DNA of 64,000 bases from Escherichia coli. GTDB lineage: Bacteria; Pseudomonadota; Gammaproteobacteria; Enterobacterales; Enterobacteriaceae. Location: assembly GCF_022846255.1 (NCBI RefSeq), contig NZ_AP025682.1. One strand, 5' to 3'. The notes under the pieces are model-generated. The model saw only the letters and a list, made by a program, of their open reading frames with translations, ran no database searches and was not told where the DNA came from. Below are positions 13,238 to 25,651 of this stretch, one piece after another; the stretch's first letter is position 1, and each line of letters starts with the position of its first letter. Made by a program: the position numbers and the translations under genes.

Positions 13238-14189
13238 CGGTGTCCCCTCTTTCACGGTAGATACCGGTGGTTGGCGTATCGCCTGCGTAGCCCCAGGCGC
13301 GATACATTCCTTCGGTGTTAAACGGTAGCGCGACATTCCCTTCATGGTCGATAGCGATTAAGCCACCGCTACCGCCAAGCGCAGGGAGTTTTTCCATTAC
13401 TACCCGCTCGCAGGCTTCCGCGAGACTTAATCCGCCGTAATCCATTAACGCGGCGATATCATATGCCGCCAACGCGCGGATGAAGACTTCGCCCGTGCCG
13501 GTACAGGAAACCGCCACACTGGCGTTATTGGCATAGCATCCGGCCCCCACTAAGGGACTATCGCCAACTCGTCCGGGTAATTTATTGGTCATTCCGCCCG
13601 TGGACGTGGCTGCCGCCAGATTGCCGTCTAAATCCAACGCCACGGCCCCCACGGTGCCCATTTTCTGTTTTTCATCCAGTGGCGCACCGCTATGGTCGAG
13701 AACCATTGCCCCTTCCTCGCGCGCTGCCAGTAGTTGTTCATAACGCAAAGGCGTGGAGAAAATCTCCGGCGAGACGCGCTCCATGCCATGAGCAAACGCA
13801 AAATTTTCTGCCCCTTCGCCAATCATCATCACATGCGGGCTTTGCTCCATCACCAGCCGGGCGGCAAGAACCGGATTACGCAGATGACTAACGCCTGCCA
13901 CCGCACCGGCTTTCAGGGTGTTACCATCCATCACACAGGCGTCCAGTTCATGGGTTTCATCACGCGTAAAGACAGCGCCAATTCCGGCGTTAAACAGTGG
14001 ACACTCTTCCAGCAGACGCACCGCTTCCGTCACCACATCCAGCGCACTTTCGCCCGCTTCCAGCATTTTCTGCCCGGTTTCAACAATGGCAGACAGCGCC
14101 TCGATGTAGCGTAATTCCTGTTGCAGACTCATCTGCGCGCGGCTAATTGCACCTGCGCCGCCATGAATTGCAATGACTGCTTTGCCCAT
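13224..14189 (-). CDS. iaaA: isoaspartyl dipeptidase / asparaginase-like Ntn hydrolase IaaA (321 aa)
   Basis: ORF track; [16 protein letters not shown]-terminus; GTVGAVALD autoprocessing region. Confidence 0.92.
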   Translation of the reverse strand: MGKAVIAIHGGAGAISRAQMSLQQELRYIEALSAIVETGQKMLEAGESALDVVTEAVRLLEECPLFNAGIGAVFTRDETHELDACVMDGNTLKAGAVAGVSHLRNPVLAARLVMEQSPHVMMIGEGAENFAFAHGMERVSPEIFSTPLRYEQLLAAREEGAMVLDHSGAPLDEKQKMGTVGAVALDLDGNLAAATSTGGMTNKLPGRVGDSPLVGAGCYANNASVAVSCTGTGEVFIRALAAYDIAALMDYGGLSLAEACERVVMEKLPALGGSGGLIAIDHEGNVALPFNTEGMYRAWGYAGDTPTTGIYRERGDTVATQ

Positions 14190-14392
14190 AGTATTCGTCC
14201 ATTAAGGGTGGCTCGCCACTTTTGCTATAAATATCAGAATTTTTATGAATGACTCATTCAATTTTTGAATATAGAAAGATGGATATGGCATGTAAAGGCA
14301 GGAGCCAACGCTACGCCCGAGGTGGCATACAGTCTGTGGCGTTTTTCTGACATAATAGGCAAATTCGATTTTGCCTCCGCAGGAGTGTTTTC

Positions 14393-15628
14393 ATGGAATT
14401 TACCACCGGATTGATGTCGCTCGACACCGCGCTTAATGAGATGCTTTCTCGCGTTACCCCACTGACCGCCCAGGAAACGCTGCCACTGGTTCAGTGTTTT
14501 GGTCGTATTCTGGCGAGCGATGTCGTTTCGCCACTGGATGTCCCGGGGTTTGATAACTCCGCTATGGACGGCTACGCGGTGCGTTTAGCCGATATTGCCT
14601 CCGGGCAACCGCTGCCCGTTGCCGGTAAATCCTTTGCCGGTCAGCCGTACCATGGTGAATGGCCTGCGGGTACCTGCATTCGTATTATGACCGGTGCGCC
14701 GGTGCCAGAAGGCTGCGAAGCGGTGGTGATGCAGGAGCAGACTGAACAAACGGACAATGGCGTGCGTTTTACTGCTGAAGTGCGTAGCGGGCAAAATATT
14801 CGCCGTCGCGGTGAAGATATCTCTGCAGGTGCGGTTGTTTTCCCGGCGGGAACTCGCCTGACTACCGCGGAACTGCCAGTGATTGCTTCACTGGGGATTG
14901 CCGAAGTTCCGGTGATTCGTAAAGTGCGTGTAGCGCTGTTTTCTACCGGTGATGAACTCCAGTTGCCTGGTCAGCCACTGGGCGATGGCCAAATCTACGA
15001 TACCAACCGTCTCGCCGTACACCTGATGTTAGAACAGCTGGGTTGCGAGGTAATCAACTTAGGGATTATCCGCGACGATCCCCATGCCCTGCGCGCCGCA
15101 TTTATTGAAGCCGACAGCCAGGCGGATGTAGTGATCAGTTCCGGCGGTGTTTCAGTGGGTGAAGCGGATTACACCAAAACCATTCTCGAAGAGCTGGGTG
15201 AAATCGCCTTCTGGAAGCTGGCGATTAAACCGGGTAAACCGTTCGCGTTCGGTAAACTCAGCAATAGCTGGTTCTGCGGCCTGCCGGGTAATCCGGTTTC
15301 AGCAACGCTGACCTTCTATCAACTGGTACAGCCGTTACTGGCAAAATTGAGCGGCAACACCGCCAGCGGCCTGCCCGCGCGTCAGCGCGTACGCACGACA
15401 TCGCCTCTGAAGAAATCGCCAGGACGCCTTGATTTCCAGCGCGGCGTGCTGCAACGTAATGCTGACGGTGAACTGGAAGTCACCACCACCGGGCATCAGG
15501 GCTCACATATATTTAGCTCTTTTAGCCTCGGCAACTGCTTTATCGTACTGGAACGCGAGCGCGGCAATGTAGAAGCGGGCGAATGGGTGGAAGTAGAACC
15601 ATTTAACGCGTTGTTCGGAGGCCTGTAA
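14393..15628 (+). CDS. moeA: molybdopterin molybdenumtransferase MoeA (411 aa)
   Basis: ORF track; MoeA family; synteny with moeB. Confidence 0.95.
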   Translation: MEFTTGLMSLDTALNEMLSRVTPLTAQETLPLVQCFGRILASDVVSPLDVPGFDNSAMDGYAVRLADIASGQPLPVAGKSFAGQPYHGEWPAGTCIRIMTGAPVPEGCEAVVMQEQTEQTDNGVRFTAEVRSGQNIRRRGEDISAGAVVFPAGTRLTTAELPVIASLGIAEVPVIRKVRVALFSTGDELQLPGQPLGDGQIYDTNRLAVHLMLEQLGCEVINLGIIRDDPHALRAAFIEADSQADVVISSGGVSVGEADYTKTILEELGEIAFWKLAIKPGKPFAFGKLSNSWFCGLPGNPVSATLTFYQLVQPLLAKLSGNTASGLPARQRVRTTSPLKKSPGRLDFQRGVLQRNADGELEVTTTGHQGSHIFSSFSLGNCFIVLERERGNVEAGEWVEVEPFNALFGGL

Positions 15629-16377
15629 TGGCAGAACTCAGCGATCAGGAGATGCTGCGCTACAACCGGCAAATCATTCTGCGCGGTTTTGATTTTGACG
15701 GTCAGGAAGCATTGAAAGATTCCCGCGTGCTGGTCGTCGGCCTTGGTGGACTCGGCTGCGCAGCTTCGCAGTATCTGGCAAGCGCCGGTGTCGGCAACCT
15801 GACGCTGCTCGACTTCGACACGGTTTCGCTCTCCAATCTGCAACGCCAGACGCTGCACAGTGATGCCACGGTCGGGCAACCAAAGGTGGAATCCGCCCGT
15901 GACGCCCTGACGCGGATCAACCCACATATCGCGATTACGCCAGTCAATGCGCTGCTTGATGACGCTGAACTTGCTGCGATGATTGCAAAACACGATCTGG
16001 TGCTCGACTGTACGGATAACGTTGCAGTACGTAATCAACTGAACGCAGGCTGTTTTGCCGCGAAGGTGCCGCTGGTTTCCGGCGCGGCAATTCGTATGGA
16101 AGGGCAAATCACGGTCTTCACTTATCAGGACGGCGAACCGTGCTATCGCTGCCTTAGCCGTTTGTTTGGCGAGAACGCGTTAACCTGCGTAGAAGCAGGC
16201 GTGATGGCACCGTTGATCGGCGTAATTGGTTCGTTGCAGGCAATGGAAGCGATCAAACTGCTGGCAGGTTATGGCAAACCAGCCAGCGGGAAAATCGTGA
16301 TGTACGATGCGATGACCTGTCAGTTTCGCGAAATGAAACTGATGCGTAATCCGGGGTGTGAGGTGTGCGGGCAGTAA
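15628..16377 (+). CDS. moeB: molybdopterin-synthase adenylyltransferase MoeB (249 aa)
   Basis: ORF track; ThiF/MoeB fold GLGGLGC, C-terminal CxxC pairs; start overlaps the moeA stop (TAATG). Confidence 0.95.
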   Translation: MAELSDQEMLRYNRQIILRGFDFDGQEALKDSRVLVVGLGGLGCAASQYLASAGVGNLTLLDFDTVSLSNLQRQTLHSDATVGQPKVESARDALTRINPHIAITPVNALLDDAELAAMIAKHDLVLDCTDNVAVRNQLNAGCFAAKVPLVSGAAIRMEGQITVFTYQDGEPCYRCLSRLFGENALTCVEAGVMAPLIGVIGSLQAMEAIKLLAGYGKPASGKIVMYDAMTCQFREMKLMRNPGCEVCGQ

Positions 16378-16439
16378 CTGCCACCTCCAGGCCAGATAAG
16401 ACGCGGCACTCCGCCACGTCATCAGCAATTTATGAGGAT

Positions 16440-16469
16440 GCAGAACGTCCGGTTAAATCGACGTTCTGC
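16440..16469. terminator. hairpin spanning the fsaA stop between convergent moeB and fsaA
   Basis: 10-bp inverted repeat gcagaacgtc ... gacgttctgc. Confidence 0.35.
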
Positions 16470-17115
16470 CAAACGCTCCCAGCCAGTCCTGTTCAAACTT
16501 CGCCACAGCGGCATCAACTGCCGGATAGCTAATCATCTGTTGTGCCACATCCAGTGGCAGAGTAATTGATTCACACCCTGCCAGTAAGCAGTCCAGCGCC
16601 TGACGCGGGGTTTTGAAACTCGCGGCTAACACTTTCGCCTGCGGCGCATGCATTTTCAATAACTGGTGTAAGTCGGTCACAGTCTGAATACCGCTACCGC
16701 CCTGAGCATCAATACGATTAACGTAAGGCGCAACATATTCCGCACCTGCCAGCGCCGACAGTAGCCCTTGTGCTGCGCCATATACCGCGGTTCCCAGCGT
16801 CGGAATCCCTTCCGCTTTTAACATCTTAATAGCTGCCAGCCCCTCAGCGGTCACCGGAACTTTCACCACGATATCCGCAATAATAGAACGCAATTTACGT
16901 GCGTCATTCACCATCCCTTCAGCAGTGGTAGCCATTACCTGGGCAAATAGACGCCCCTGACCGCCCATCGCCTCGTGAAGTTGCGGAAGCACAACCTCCA
17001 GCGGTTTTTTACCCGCAGCGATAATGCTTGGGTTAGTGGTTACACCCGCCAGCGGAAAAATACGTGACAGCGCCTTCACCGCAACAACGTCTGAAGTATC
17101 CAGATACAGTTCCAT
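16453..17115 (-). CDS. fsaA: fructose-6-phosphate aldolase 1 (220 aa)
   Basis: ORF track trimmed to [10 protein letters not shown]; transaldolase-like TIM barrel. Confidence 0.92.
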   Translation of the reverse strand: MELYLDTSDVVAVKALSRIFPLAGVTTNPSIIAAGKKPLEVVLPQLHEAMGGQGRLFAQVMATTAEGMVNDARKLRSIIADIVVKVPVTAEGLAAIKMLKAEGIPTLGTAVYGAAQGLLSALAGAEYVAPYVNRIDAQGGSGIQTVTDLHQLLKMHAPQAKVLAASFKTPRQALDCLLAGCESITLPLDVAQQMISYPAVDAAVAKFEQDWLGAFGRTSI

Positions 17116-17245
17116 AACCATCCTCAAAATGTACTTTTTGTCTGAATGTAGACTATCACGGGAAAACTCTCTGAACAGTTGACGTACATCAATCTAACTT
17201 TCATTCGAAAGTATTTTAATGTTTGAACGAAACAGAGAGGCAACT

Positions 17246-18145
17246 ATGATTTTCAATATTCAACGCTACTCGACCCATGATGGCCCCGGTATCCGCACGG
17301 TCGTATTTCTTAAAGGCTGTTCGCTGGGCTGCCGCTGGTGTCAGAACCCGGAAAGCCGCGCCCGCACGCAGGATCTGCTGTATGACCCACGACTCTGTCT
17401 GGAAGGCTGTGAACTGTGCGCTAAGACCGCACCGGAAGTGATTGAGCGCGCGTTGAATGGTTTGCTTATTCATCGGGAAAAGTTAACCCCGGAGCATTTT
17501 ACGGCGCTAACCGACTGCTGCCCGACACAGGCGTTAACCGTGTGTGGTGAAGTGAAAAGCGTTGAGGAGATCATGGCAACCGTTTTGCGCGATAAACCGT
17601 TTTACGAGCGCAGCGGCGGCGGCTTAACGCTTTCTGGCGGTGAACCGTTTATGCAGCCGGAAATGGCGACGGCGCTGCTGCAAGCCAGCCACGAGGCCGG
17701 CATTCATACTGCGGTAGAAACCTGTCTGCATGTGCCGTGGAAATATATCGCCCCTTCTCTGCCCTATATCGATCTGTTTCTTGCCGATTTAAAACACGTT
17801 GCCGACGCGCCGTTTAAACAGTGGACCGACGGTAACGCCGCCAGGGTGCTGGATAACCTGAAAAAACTCGCCGCAGCCGGCAAAAAAATCATTATCCGCG
17901 TGCCACTGATTCAAGGCTTTAATGCCGACGAAACTTCTGTGAAAGCCATTACCGATTTTGCCGCCGACGAGCTGCACGTTAGCGAAATTCATTTTCTGCC
18001 CTACCACACACTGGGCATCAACAAATATCACTTACTTAATCTGCCCTATGACGCCCCGGAAAAACCGCTTGATGCGCCAGAACTGCTCGACTTTGCCCAG
18101 CAGTATGCCTGCCAGAAAGGGTTAACCGCGACCTTACGAGGATAA
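17246..18145 (+). CDS. ybiY: glycyl-radical enzyme activating protein YbiY (radical SAM, 299 aa)
   Basis: ORF track trimmed to ATG preceded by GAGAGG RBS; CxxxCxxC motif (CSLGCRWC) plus extra ferredoxin-like Cys clusters. Confidence 0.88.
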   Translation: MIFNIQRYSTHDGPGIRTVVFLKGCSLGCRWCQNPESRARTQDLLYDPRLCLEGCELCAKTAPEVIERALNGLLIHREKLTPEHFTALTDCCPTQALTVCGEVKSVEEIMATVLRDKPFYERSGGGLTLSGGEPFMQPEMATALLQASHEAGIHTAVETCLHVPWKYIAPSLPYIDLFLADLKHVADAPFKQWTDGNAARVLDNLKKLAAAGKKIIIRVPLIQGFNADETSVKAITDFAADELHVSEIHFLPYHTLGINKYHLLNLPYDAPEKPLDAPELLDFAQQYACQKGLTATLRG

Positions 18146-18150
18146 CAATC

Positions 18151-20583
18151 ATGACAACACTAAAACTGGATACGCTCAGCGACCGCATTAAAGCGCACAA
18201 AAATGCGCTGGTGCATATTGTGAAACCGCCGGTCTGTACCGAACGAGCACAACACTATACCGAGATGTATCAACAACATCTCGATAAGCCAATCCCGGTA
18301 CGTCGCGCGCTGGCACTGGCGCATCACCTGGCGAATCGCACCATCTGGATCAAACATGATGAATTGATCATTGGCAACCAGGCAAGCGAAGTTCGCGCCG
18401 CGCCGATCTTCCCGGAATATACTGTCTCATGGATCGAAAAAGAGATTGATGATCTGGCAGATCGTCCCGGTGCTGGCTTTGCGGTGAGCGAAGAGAACAA
18501 ACGCGTTCTGCATGAAGTGTGCCCGTGGTGGCGCGGTCAGACCGTACAGGATCGCTGCTACGGCATGTTTACCGATGAGCAAAAAGGTCTGCTGGCGACC
18601 GGCATCATTAAAGCGGAAGGCAATATGACCTCCGGCGATGCGCACCTGGCGGTCAATTTCCCGCTGCTGCTGGAAAAAGGGCTTGATGGTCTGCGCGAGA
18701 AAGTAGCGGAACGTCGCTCGCGCATCAACCTGACGGTGCTGGAAGATTTACACGGTGAGCAATTCCTGAAAGCGATTGATATCGTGCTGGTGGCAGTCAG
18801 TGAACACATTGAACGTTTCGCTGCCCTGGCGCGTGAAATGGCCGCGACCGAAACCCGCGAAAGCCGTCGCGATGAACTGCTGACGATAGCAGAAAACTGC
18901 GATCTTATCGCCCACCAGCCGCCGCAGACTTTCTGGCAGGCGCTGCAACTATGTTACTTCATCCAGTTGATTTTGCAGATCGAATCTAACGGTCACTCGG
19001 TATCGTTTGGTCGTATGGACCAGTATCTCTACCCATACTATCGCCGCGACGTTGAACTGAACCAGACACTGGATCGCGAACACGCCATCGAGATGCTGCA
19101 TAGCTGCTGGTTGAAATTGCTGGAAGTGAACAAAATCCGCTCCGGCTCACACTCAAAAGCCTCTGCGGGAAGTCCGCTATATCAGAACGTCACCATTGGC
19201 GGGCAAAATCTGGTTGATGGTCAACCGATGGACGCGGTAAATCCACTCTCTTATGCGATCCTCGAATCTTGCGGTCGCCTGCGTTCGACTCAGCCTAACC
19301 TCAGCGTGCGTTACCATGCGGGTATGAGTAACGATTTCCTCGACGCCTGTGTGCAGGTGATCCGCTGCGGCTTCGGGATGCCGGCGTTCAACAACGATGA
19401 AATCGTCATCCCGGAATTTATTAAACTCGGTATTGAACCGCAGGACGCTTACGACTACGCAGCAATTGGTTGTATCGAAACCGCCGTCGGTGGCAAATGG
19501 GGCTATCGCTGTACCGGCATGAGCTTTATCAACTTCGCCCGCGTGATGCTGGCGGCGCTGGAAGGTGGTCGTGATGCCACCAGCGGCAAAGTGTTCCTGC
19601 CACAAGCAAAAGCGTTGTCAGCGGGTAACTTCAACAACTTCGATGAAGTAATGGACGCATGGGATACGCAAATCCGTTACTACACGCGTAAATCAATCGA
19701 AATCGAATATGTCGTCGACACCATGCTGGAAGAGAACGTACACGATATTCTCTGCTCGGCGCTGGTCGATGACTGTATTGAGCGAGCGAAAAGTATCAAG
19801 CAAGGCGGCGCGAAATATGACTGGGTTTCTGGCCTGCAGGTCGGCATTGCTAACCTCGGCAACAGCCTGGCGGCAGTGAAGAAACTGGTATTTGAACAGG
19901 GAGCGATTGGTCAGCAACAGCTGGCTGCCGCACTGGCGGATGACTTCGACGGCCTGACTCACGAGCAGCTGCGTCAGCGGCTGATTAACGGTGCGCCGAA
20001 GTACGGCAACGACGATGATACTGTCGATACGCTGCTGGCTCGCGCTTATCAGACCTATATCGACGAACTAAAACAGTACCATAACCCGCGCTATGGTCGT
20101 GGTCCGGTTGGCGGCAATTATTACGCGGGTACGTCATCTATCTCCGCTAACGTACCCTTTGGCGCGCAGACGATGGCAACGCCGGACGGACGTAAAGCGC
20201 ATACCCCGCTGGCAGAAGGCGCTAGTCCGGCCTCCGGTACTGATCATCTTGGCCCTACTGCGGTCATTGGCTCAGTGGGTAAACTGCCTACGGCCGCGAT
20301 TCTCGGCGGCGTGCTGCTCAACCAGAAACTGAATCCAGCAACGCTGGAGAACGAATCTGACAAGCAGAAACTGATGATCCTGCTGCGTACCTTCTTTGAA
20401 GTGCATAAAGGCTGGCATATTCAGTACAACATCGTTTCCCGCGAAACGCTGCTGGAAGCGAAAAAACATCCGGATCAGTACCGCGATCTGGTAGTGCGCG
20501 TCGCGGGCTATTCCGCCTTCTTCACCGCGCTCTCTCCAGACGCTCAAGACGATATCATCGCCCGTACTGAACATATGCTGTAA
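18151..20583 (+). CDS. ybiW: pyruvate formate-lyase-like glycyl radical enzyme YbiW (810 aa)
   Basis: ORF track; C-terminal glycyl radical motif RVAGYSAFF; immediately downstream of its activase. Confidence 0.92.
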   Translation: MTTLKLDTLSDRIKAHKNALVHIVKPPVCTERAQHYTEMYQQHLDKPIPVRRALALAHHLANRTIWIKHDELIIGNQASEVRAAPIFPEYTVSWIEKEIDDLADRPGAGFAVSEENKRVLHEVCPWWRGQTVQDRCYGMFTDEQKGLLATGIIKAEGNMTSGDAHLAVNFPLLLEKGLDGLREKVAERRSRINLTVLEDLHGEQFLKAIDIVLVAVSEHIERFAALAREMAATETRESRRDELLTIAENCDLIAHQPPQTFWQALQLCYFIQLILQIESNGHSVSFGRMDQYLYPYYRRDVELNQTLDREHAIEMLHSCWLKLLEVNKIRSGSHSKASAGSPLYQNVTIGGQNLVDGQPMDAVNPLSYAILESCGRLRSTQPNLSVRYHAGMSNDFLDACVQVIRCGFGMPAFNNDEIVIPEFIKLGIEPQDAYDYAAIGCIETAVGGKWGYRCTGMSFINFARVMLAALEGGRDATSGKVFLPQAKALSAGNFNNFDEVMDAWDTQIRYYTRKSIEIEYVVDTMLEENVHDILCSALVDDCIERAKSIKQGGAKYDWVSGLQVGIANLGNSLAAVKKLVFEQGAIGQQQLAAALADDFDGLTHEQLRQRLINGAPKYGNDDDTVDTLLARAYQTYIDELKQYHNPRYGRGPVGGNYYAGTSSISANVPFGAQTMATPDGRKAHTPLAEGASPASGTDHLGPTAVIGSVGKLPTAAILGGVLLNQKLNPATLENESDKQKLMILLRTFFEVHKGWHIQYNIVSRETLLEAKKHPDQYRDLVVRVAGYSAFFTALSPDAQDDIIARTEHML

Positions 20584-20728
20584 TCTTCTCAGCCCGGCGG
20601 CGGCGTCGCCGGGCTAAATCATTCACATCATCAATTTCAGCCTCGCTTTCATTCGAAATATAATTTGTGCTCTGCGTCACATTGTTATTACACTGTTACG
20701 GTTTCATTTTCGAGCCAGGAGCACACCT

Positions 20729-21544
20729 ATGAGCGTAAAAGTTATCGTCACAGACATGGACGGTACTTTTCTTAACGACGCCAAAACGTACAACCAACCA
20801 CGTTTTATGGCGCAATATCAGGAACTGAAAAAGCGCGGCATTGAGTTCGTTGTCGCCAGCGGTAATCAGTATTACCAGCTTATTTCGTTCTTTCCTGAGC
20901 TAAAGGATGAGATCTCTTTTGTCGCGGAAAACGGCGCACTGGTTTACGAACATGGCAAGCAGTTGTTCCACGGCGAACTGACCCGACATGAATCGCGGAT
21001 TGTTATTGGCGAGTTGCTAAAAGATAAGCAACTCAATTTTGTCGCCTGCGGTCTGCAAAGTGCATATGTCAGCGAAAATGCCCCCGAAGCATTCGTCGCA
21101 CTGATGGCAAAACACTACCATCGCCTGAAACCTGTAAAAGATTATCAGGAGATTGACGACGTACTGTTCAAGTTTTCGCTCAACCTGCCGGATGAACAAA
21201 TCCCGTTAGTGATCGACAAACTGCACATAGCGCTGGATGGCATTATGAAACCCGTCACCAGTGGTTTTGGCTTTATCGACTTGATTATTCCCGGTCTACA
21301 TAAAGCAAACGGTATTTCGCGGTTACTGAAACGCTGGGATCTGTCACCGCAAAATGTGGTAGCGATTGGCGACAGCGGTAACGATGCGGAGATGCTGAAA
21401 ATGGCCCGTTATTCCTTTGCGATGAGCAATGCTGCGGAAAACATTAAACAAATCGCCCGTTACGCTACCGATGATAATAATCATGAAGGCGCGCTGAATG
21501 TGATTCAGGCGGTGCTGGAAAATAAACCGCCGTTTAATCTTTGA
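20729..21544 (+). CDS. ybiV: HAD-family (Cof-type) sugar phosphatase YbiV (271 aa)
   Basis: ORF track; DMDGT HAD motif I at N-terminus, GDSGND motif near C-terminus. Confidence 0.9.
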   Translation: MSVKVIVTDMDGTFLNDAKTYNQPRFMAQYQELKKRGIEFVVASGNQYYQLISFFPELKDEISFVAENGALVYEHGKQLFHGELTRHESRIVIGELLKDKQLNFVACGLQSAYVSENAPEAFVALMAKHYHRLKPVKDYQEIDDVLFKFSLNLPDEQIPLVIDKLHIALDGIMKPVTSGFGFIDLIIPGLHKANGISRLLKRWDLSPQNVVAIGDSGNDAEMLKMARYSFAMSNAAENIKQIARYATDDNNHEGALNVIQAVLENKPPFNL

Positions 21545-21582
21545 TTATCGCCAATTCAGTTTATTGAGAAAGTGCATGTCAT

Positions 21583-21683
21583 TATGCCGGATACGGCGTA
21601 ACCGCCTTATTTGGCATACAAAATCATGAAAATTCAATATATTGCGATACACTGCCAGGCCTGATAAGCGTAGCGCACCAGGC
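21583..21683. repeat. BIME-1/RIP-like element: degenerate REP, IHF-like linker, REP
   Basis: gccggatacggcgtaaccgccttatttggc, then linker with tcaatatattg (IHF-like WATCAAnnnnTTR), then gcctgataagcgtagcgcaccaggc; followed by hairpin cagtagccctga...tcagggctactg at about 21709..21737. Confidence 0.75.
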
Positions 21684-21743
21684 AATCTTGCGTTTGTCAT
21701 CAGTTTCAGTAGCCCTGACCACATCAGGGCTACTGATAATAAC

Positions 21744-23336
21744 TTACTCGATCCCTTTACTACGCAGGTAATCTTCGTAATTACCGCTAAAGTCGATCAC
21801 GCGTTCCGGGGTGATTTCCAGAATACGGGTCGCCAGGGAGCTTACGAACTCACGGTCGTGTGAAACAAAGATCAGCGTGCCCTGATACAGTTCCAGCGCC
21901 ATGTTCAGCGACTCAATAGATTCCATATCCAGGTGGTTGGTCGGTTCGTCCATGATCAGAATGTTCGGCTTCTGCATCATTAACTTACCAAACAGCATCC
22001 GCCCTTTCTCCCCACCGGAAAGCACTTTCGCTGGCTTTTTGATGTCGTCCTGGCTGAACAGCAAACGACCGAGAATGCTGCGTACCGCCTGCTCGTCATC
22101 GCCTTCCTGCTTCCACTGGCTCATCCATTCGAACACGGTCAGATCATTTTCAAACTCATATTCGTGGTCCTGAGCGTAGTAACCAATGCGCGCGTTTTCA
22201 GACCATTTTACGGTGCCGCTGTCCGGTTGCAGATCGCCCACCAGCGTTTTCAGCAGCGTTGATTTACCGACGCCGTTGGTACCCAGTACCGCCAGTTTTT
22301 CACCCACTTCCAGCAGCAGGTTGAGATTTTTAAACAGTGGACCGTTATCAAACCCTTTAGTCAGACCTTCCACTTCCAGCGCGTTACGGAACAGTTTCTT
22401 ATCCTGCTCAAAACGGATGAACGGGTTCTGACGGCTGGAGGCTTTCACCTCTTCCAGTTTGATTTTATCAATCTGGCGCGCACGCGAAGTTGCCTGGCGA
22501 GATTTCGAGGCGTTGGCGCTAAAGCGGCTAACGAAAGATTGCAACTCAGCAATCTGCGCTTTCTTCTTGGCGTTATCAGCCAGCAGACGTTCACGCGCCT
22601 GAGTCGCCGCCGTCATGTACTCATCGTAGTTGCCCGGATAAACGCGCAGCTCGCCGTAATCCAGATCCGCCATGTGGGTACAAACCATGTTAAGGAAGTG
22701 ACGGTCGTGCGAGATGATGATCATGGTGCTGTCACGCTCGTTCAGCACCTGTTCCAGCCAGCGAATGGTGTCGATGTCGAGGTTGTTGGTCGGTTCGTCG
22801 AGCAGGAGAATGTCCGGATCAGCAAACAGCGCCTGAGCCAGCAGCACACGCAGCTTCCAGCCAGGAGCAACTTCACTCATCGGGCCGTAGTGCTGTTCCA
22901 CTGGAATTCCCACGCCAAGCAACAGTTCACCAGCGCGAGCTTCCGCAGAGTAACCGTCCATTTCGCCGTATTTCACTTCCAGATCGGCCACTTTATAGCC
23001 GTCTTCTTCACTCATTTCCGGCAAAGCATAGATGCGGTCACGCTCCTGCTTCACTTCCCACAACTCTTTATGCCCCATGATCACCGTATCCAGCACAGTG
23101 AACTCTTCAAAGGCAAACTGATCCTGACGCAGCTTACCAATGCGCTCGTTGGGATCGAGGGAAACGTTACCCAACGTCGGCTCTAAGTCGCCGCCGAGGA
23201 TCTTCATAAAGGTGGATTTACCACTACCGTTCGCGCCAATCAGGCCGTAACGGTTGCCGCCGCCGAATTTGACGGAAATGTTTTCAAACAACGGCTTACT
23301 GCCGAACTGCATGGTGACGTTACTGGAAACTAACAC
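21744..23336 (-). CDS. ybiT: ABC-F family ATPase YbiT, tandem ABC domains (530 aa)
   Basis: ORF track; two Walker A motifs ([18 protein letters not shown]); no TM domain. Confidence 0.92.
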
Positions 23337-23554
23337 AGGCGTATCCTGAAAAGAGATATGACAAACCGCGCATTATGCCATAAGTCTGAAAGAAGATCCT
23401 GCTCCTCGCTTAAGGTCTACACTCAAGCCAAAGGCAAAAAATGTGATTTCGTACACATCTGATTTCACTGTGAGCTGGAATGAACTTATAATGCACTTCC
23501 AATACTCTAATATTCTCAACCCAATGGCCTGCCAGGCACAAAATCTCGCTTAAC

Positions 23555-24475
23555 ATGAATATGAAATTGAAAACATTATTCGCAGCGGCCTTCGCTGTTG
23601 TCGGCTTTTGCAGTACCGCCTCTGCGGTAACTTATCCTCTGCCAACCGACGGGAGTCGCCTGGTTGGTCAGAATCAGGTGATCACCATTCCTGAAGGTAA
23701 CACTCAGCCGCTGGAGTATTTTGCCGCCGAGTACCAGATGGGACTTTCCAATATGATGGAAGCGAACCCGGGTGTGGATACCTTCCTGCCGAAAGGCGGT
23801 ACTGTACTGAACATTCCGCAGCAGCTGATCCTGCCGGATACCGTTCATGAAGGCATCGTCATTAACAGTGCAGAGATGCGTCTGTATTACTATCCGAAAG
23901 GGACCAACACCGTTATCGTGCTACCGATCGGCATTGGTCAGTTAGGCAAAGACACGCCTATCAACTGGACCACCAAAGTTGAGCGTAAAAAAGCAGGCCC
24001 GACCTGGACGCCGACCGCTAAAATGCACGCAGAGTACCGCGCTGCGGGCGAACCGCTTCCGGCGGTCGTTCCGGCTGGTCCGGATAACCCGATGGGGCTG
24101 TATGCACTCTACATCGGTCGCCTGTACGCTATCCATGGCACCAACGCCAACTTCGGTATCGGCCTGCGTGTAAGTCATGGTTGTGTGCGTCTGCGTAACG
24201 AAGACATCAAATTCCTGTTCGAGAAAGTACCGGTCGGTACCCGCGTACAGTTTATTGATGAGCCGGTAAAAGCGACCACCGAGCCAGACGGCAGCCGTTA
24301 TATTGAAGTCCATAACCCGCTGTCTACCACTGAAGCCCAGTTTGAAGGTCAGGAAATTGTGCCAATTACCCTGACGAAGAGCGTGCAGACAGTGACCGGT
24401 CAGCCAGATGTTGACCAGGTTGTTCTGGATGAAGCGATCAAAAATCGTTCCGGGATGCCGGTTCGTCTGAATTAA
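23555..24475 (+). CDS. ldtB: L,D-transpeptidase LdtB/YbiS (306 aa)
   Basis: ORF track; signal peptide; YkuD domain with SHGCVRL catalytic motif. Confidence 0.92.
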
Positions 24476-24492
24476 TCTTCAAAACGTAAAGC

Positions 24493-24520
24493 AAAGGCGG
24501 ACTCATAATCCGCCTTTTTA
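24493..24520. terminator. bidirectional rho-independent terminator between convergent ldtB and ybiR
   Basis: aggcgga-loop-tccgcct stem followed by TTTTT; A-rich on the other side. Confidence 0.7.
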
Positions 24521-24532
24521 ATTTGACAGACC

Positions 24533-25651
24533 TTATCCCGCCGGGATCATAACCAACAAAACATATCCCACCAGCGCCGCCCACAACAGCATCGGTATCG
24601 AATAAAGATGAAAACGCCACCAGATACGGCGATCGTTCGCCATCCGTAACGCAATCAAATTTGCCAGCGATCCGGGTAATAAACCAAAGCCACCTACGTT
24701 TACCGCCCATGCCAGTAATAAAGACGGTGGCACATAATTGAGCAGCAAAATGGTACTCGGCACGTTACTGATCACCTGCGATAAACCAATCGCCGTTAAC
24801 CATAATCCGGGGTCGGATAAATGACTCACGTTACTTAACACCCCCTGCAAAGCTGGCAGTTGGGTTAGTAAATGGACGTCGATAAACATCGCCATAAACA
24901 CCAGCAGCAGCGTCCAGTCCACACTGAGCACCACGCGACGCGCCAGCAGCGCAAAGCCCGCCGCCACAATCACCAGTCCCCACAGCTCTTGTTTTAACTC
25001 CAGCGCCGTCAGAAAGACGATATACAGCCCCAGACAACTCCACACCAGCCGCGGTTTCCACTCCGGCGTTTGCACCCCCGTATGGTATTGCAGCGCCTTT
25101 CCAGGGAAACAACACCAGCACAACAGCAGGAGTGTCAGCATCATTGCGCCAGCCAGCGGTGCCATTTGGGCAATAAATCCGGCAAACGAAAGACCAGAAC
25201 GTCCCCAGATAAGAATATTTTGCGGGTTGCCAATTGGCGTCAGTAGCGAACCAGCGTTGACTGCCAGCGCCTCAAAAATAATCAGCCGATTAACCGGGAT
25301 CTCACACAGTCTTTTTAGCGTGATAGTCAGCGGAACAACTATAAACAGCGCGACATCGTTGGTCAGAAAGGTAGAAAGCAGCGCTGCCGCCAGTACCATA
25401 AACATCGCCAGCCGACGCTCCGTAGCAAAACGGCGCACCATTTTGCGCCCCAGCACATCAAAATAACCGCTTAACTCGACACCTTTGGTCAGCAGCATCA
25501 GGCCGCTTAAGGTGATGATGGTGTGCCAGTCGATAGCAGCAGGCCAGGATTTCGGTGCAAAGGGAACGAAAAAACTTAATCCGATGCCAACAAGAATTAA
25601 TAACTGAAAAAAACGATCGCCTTGCAGCGTGCGTAAAAAAGGCAGGCTCAT
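24533..25651 (-). CDS. ybiR: putative anion/ion transporter YbiR (372 aa)
   Basis: ORF track; polytopic membrane protein; synteny downstream of mntR. Confidence 0.88.
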
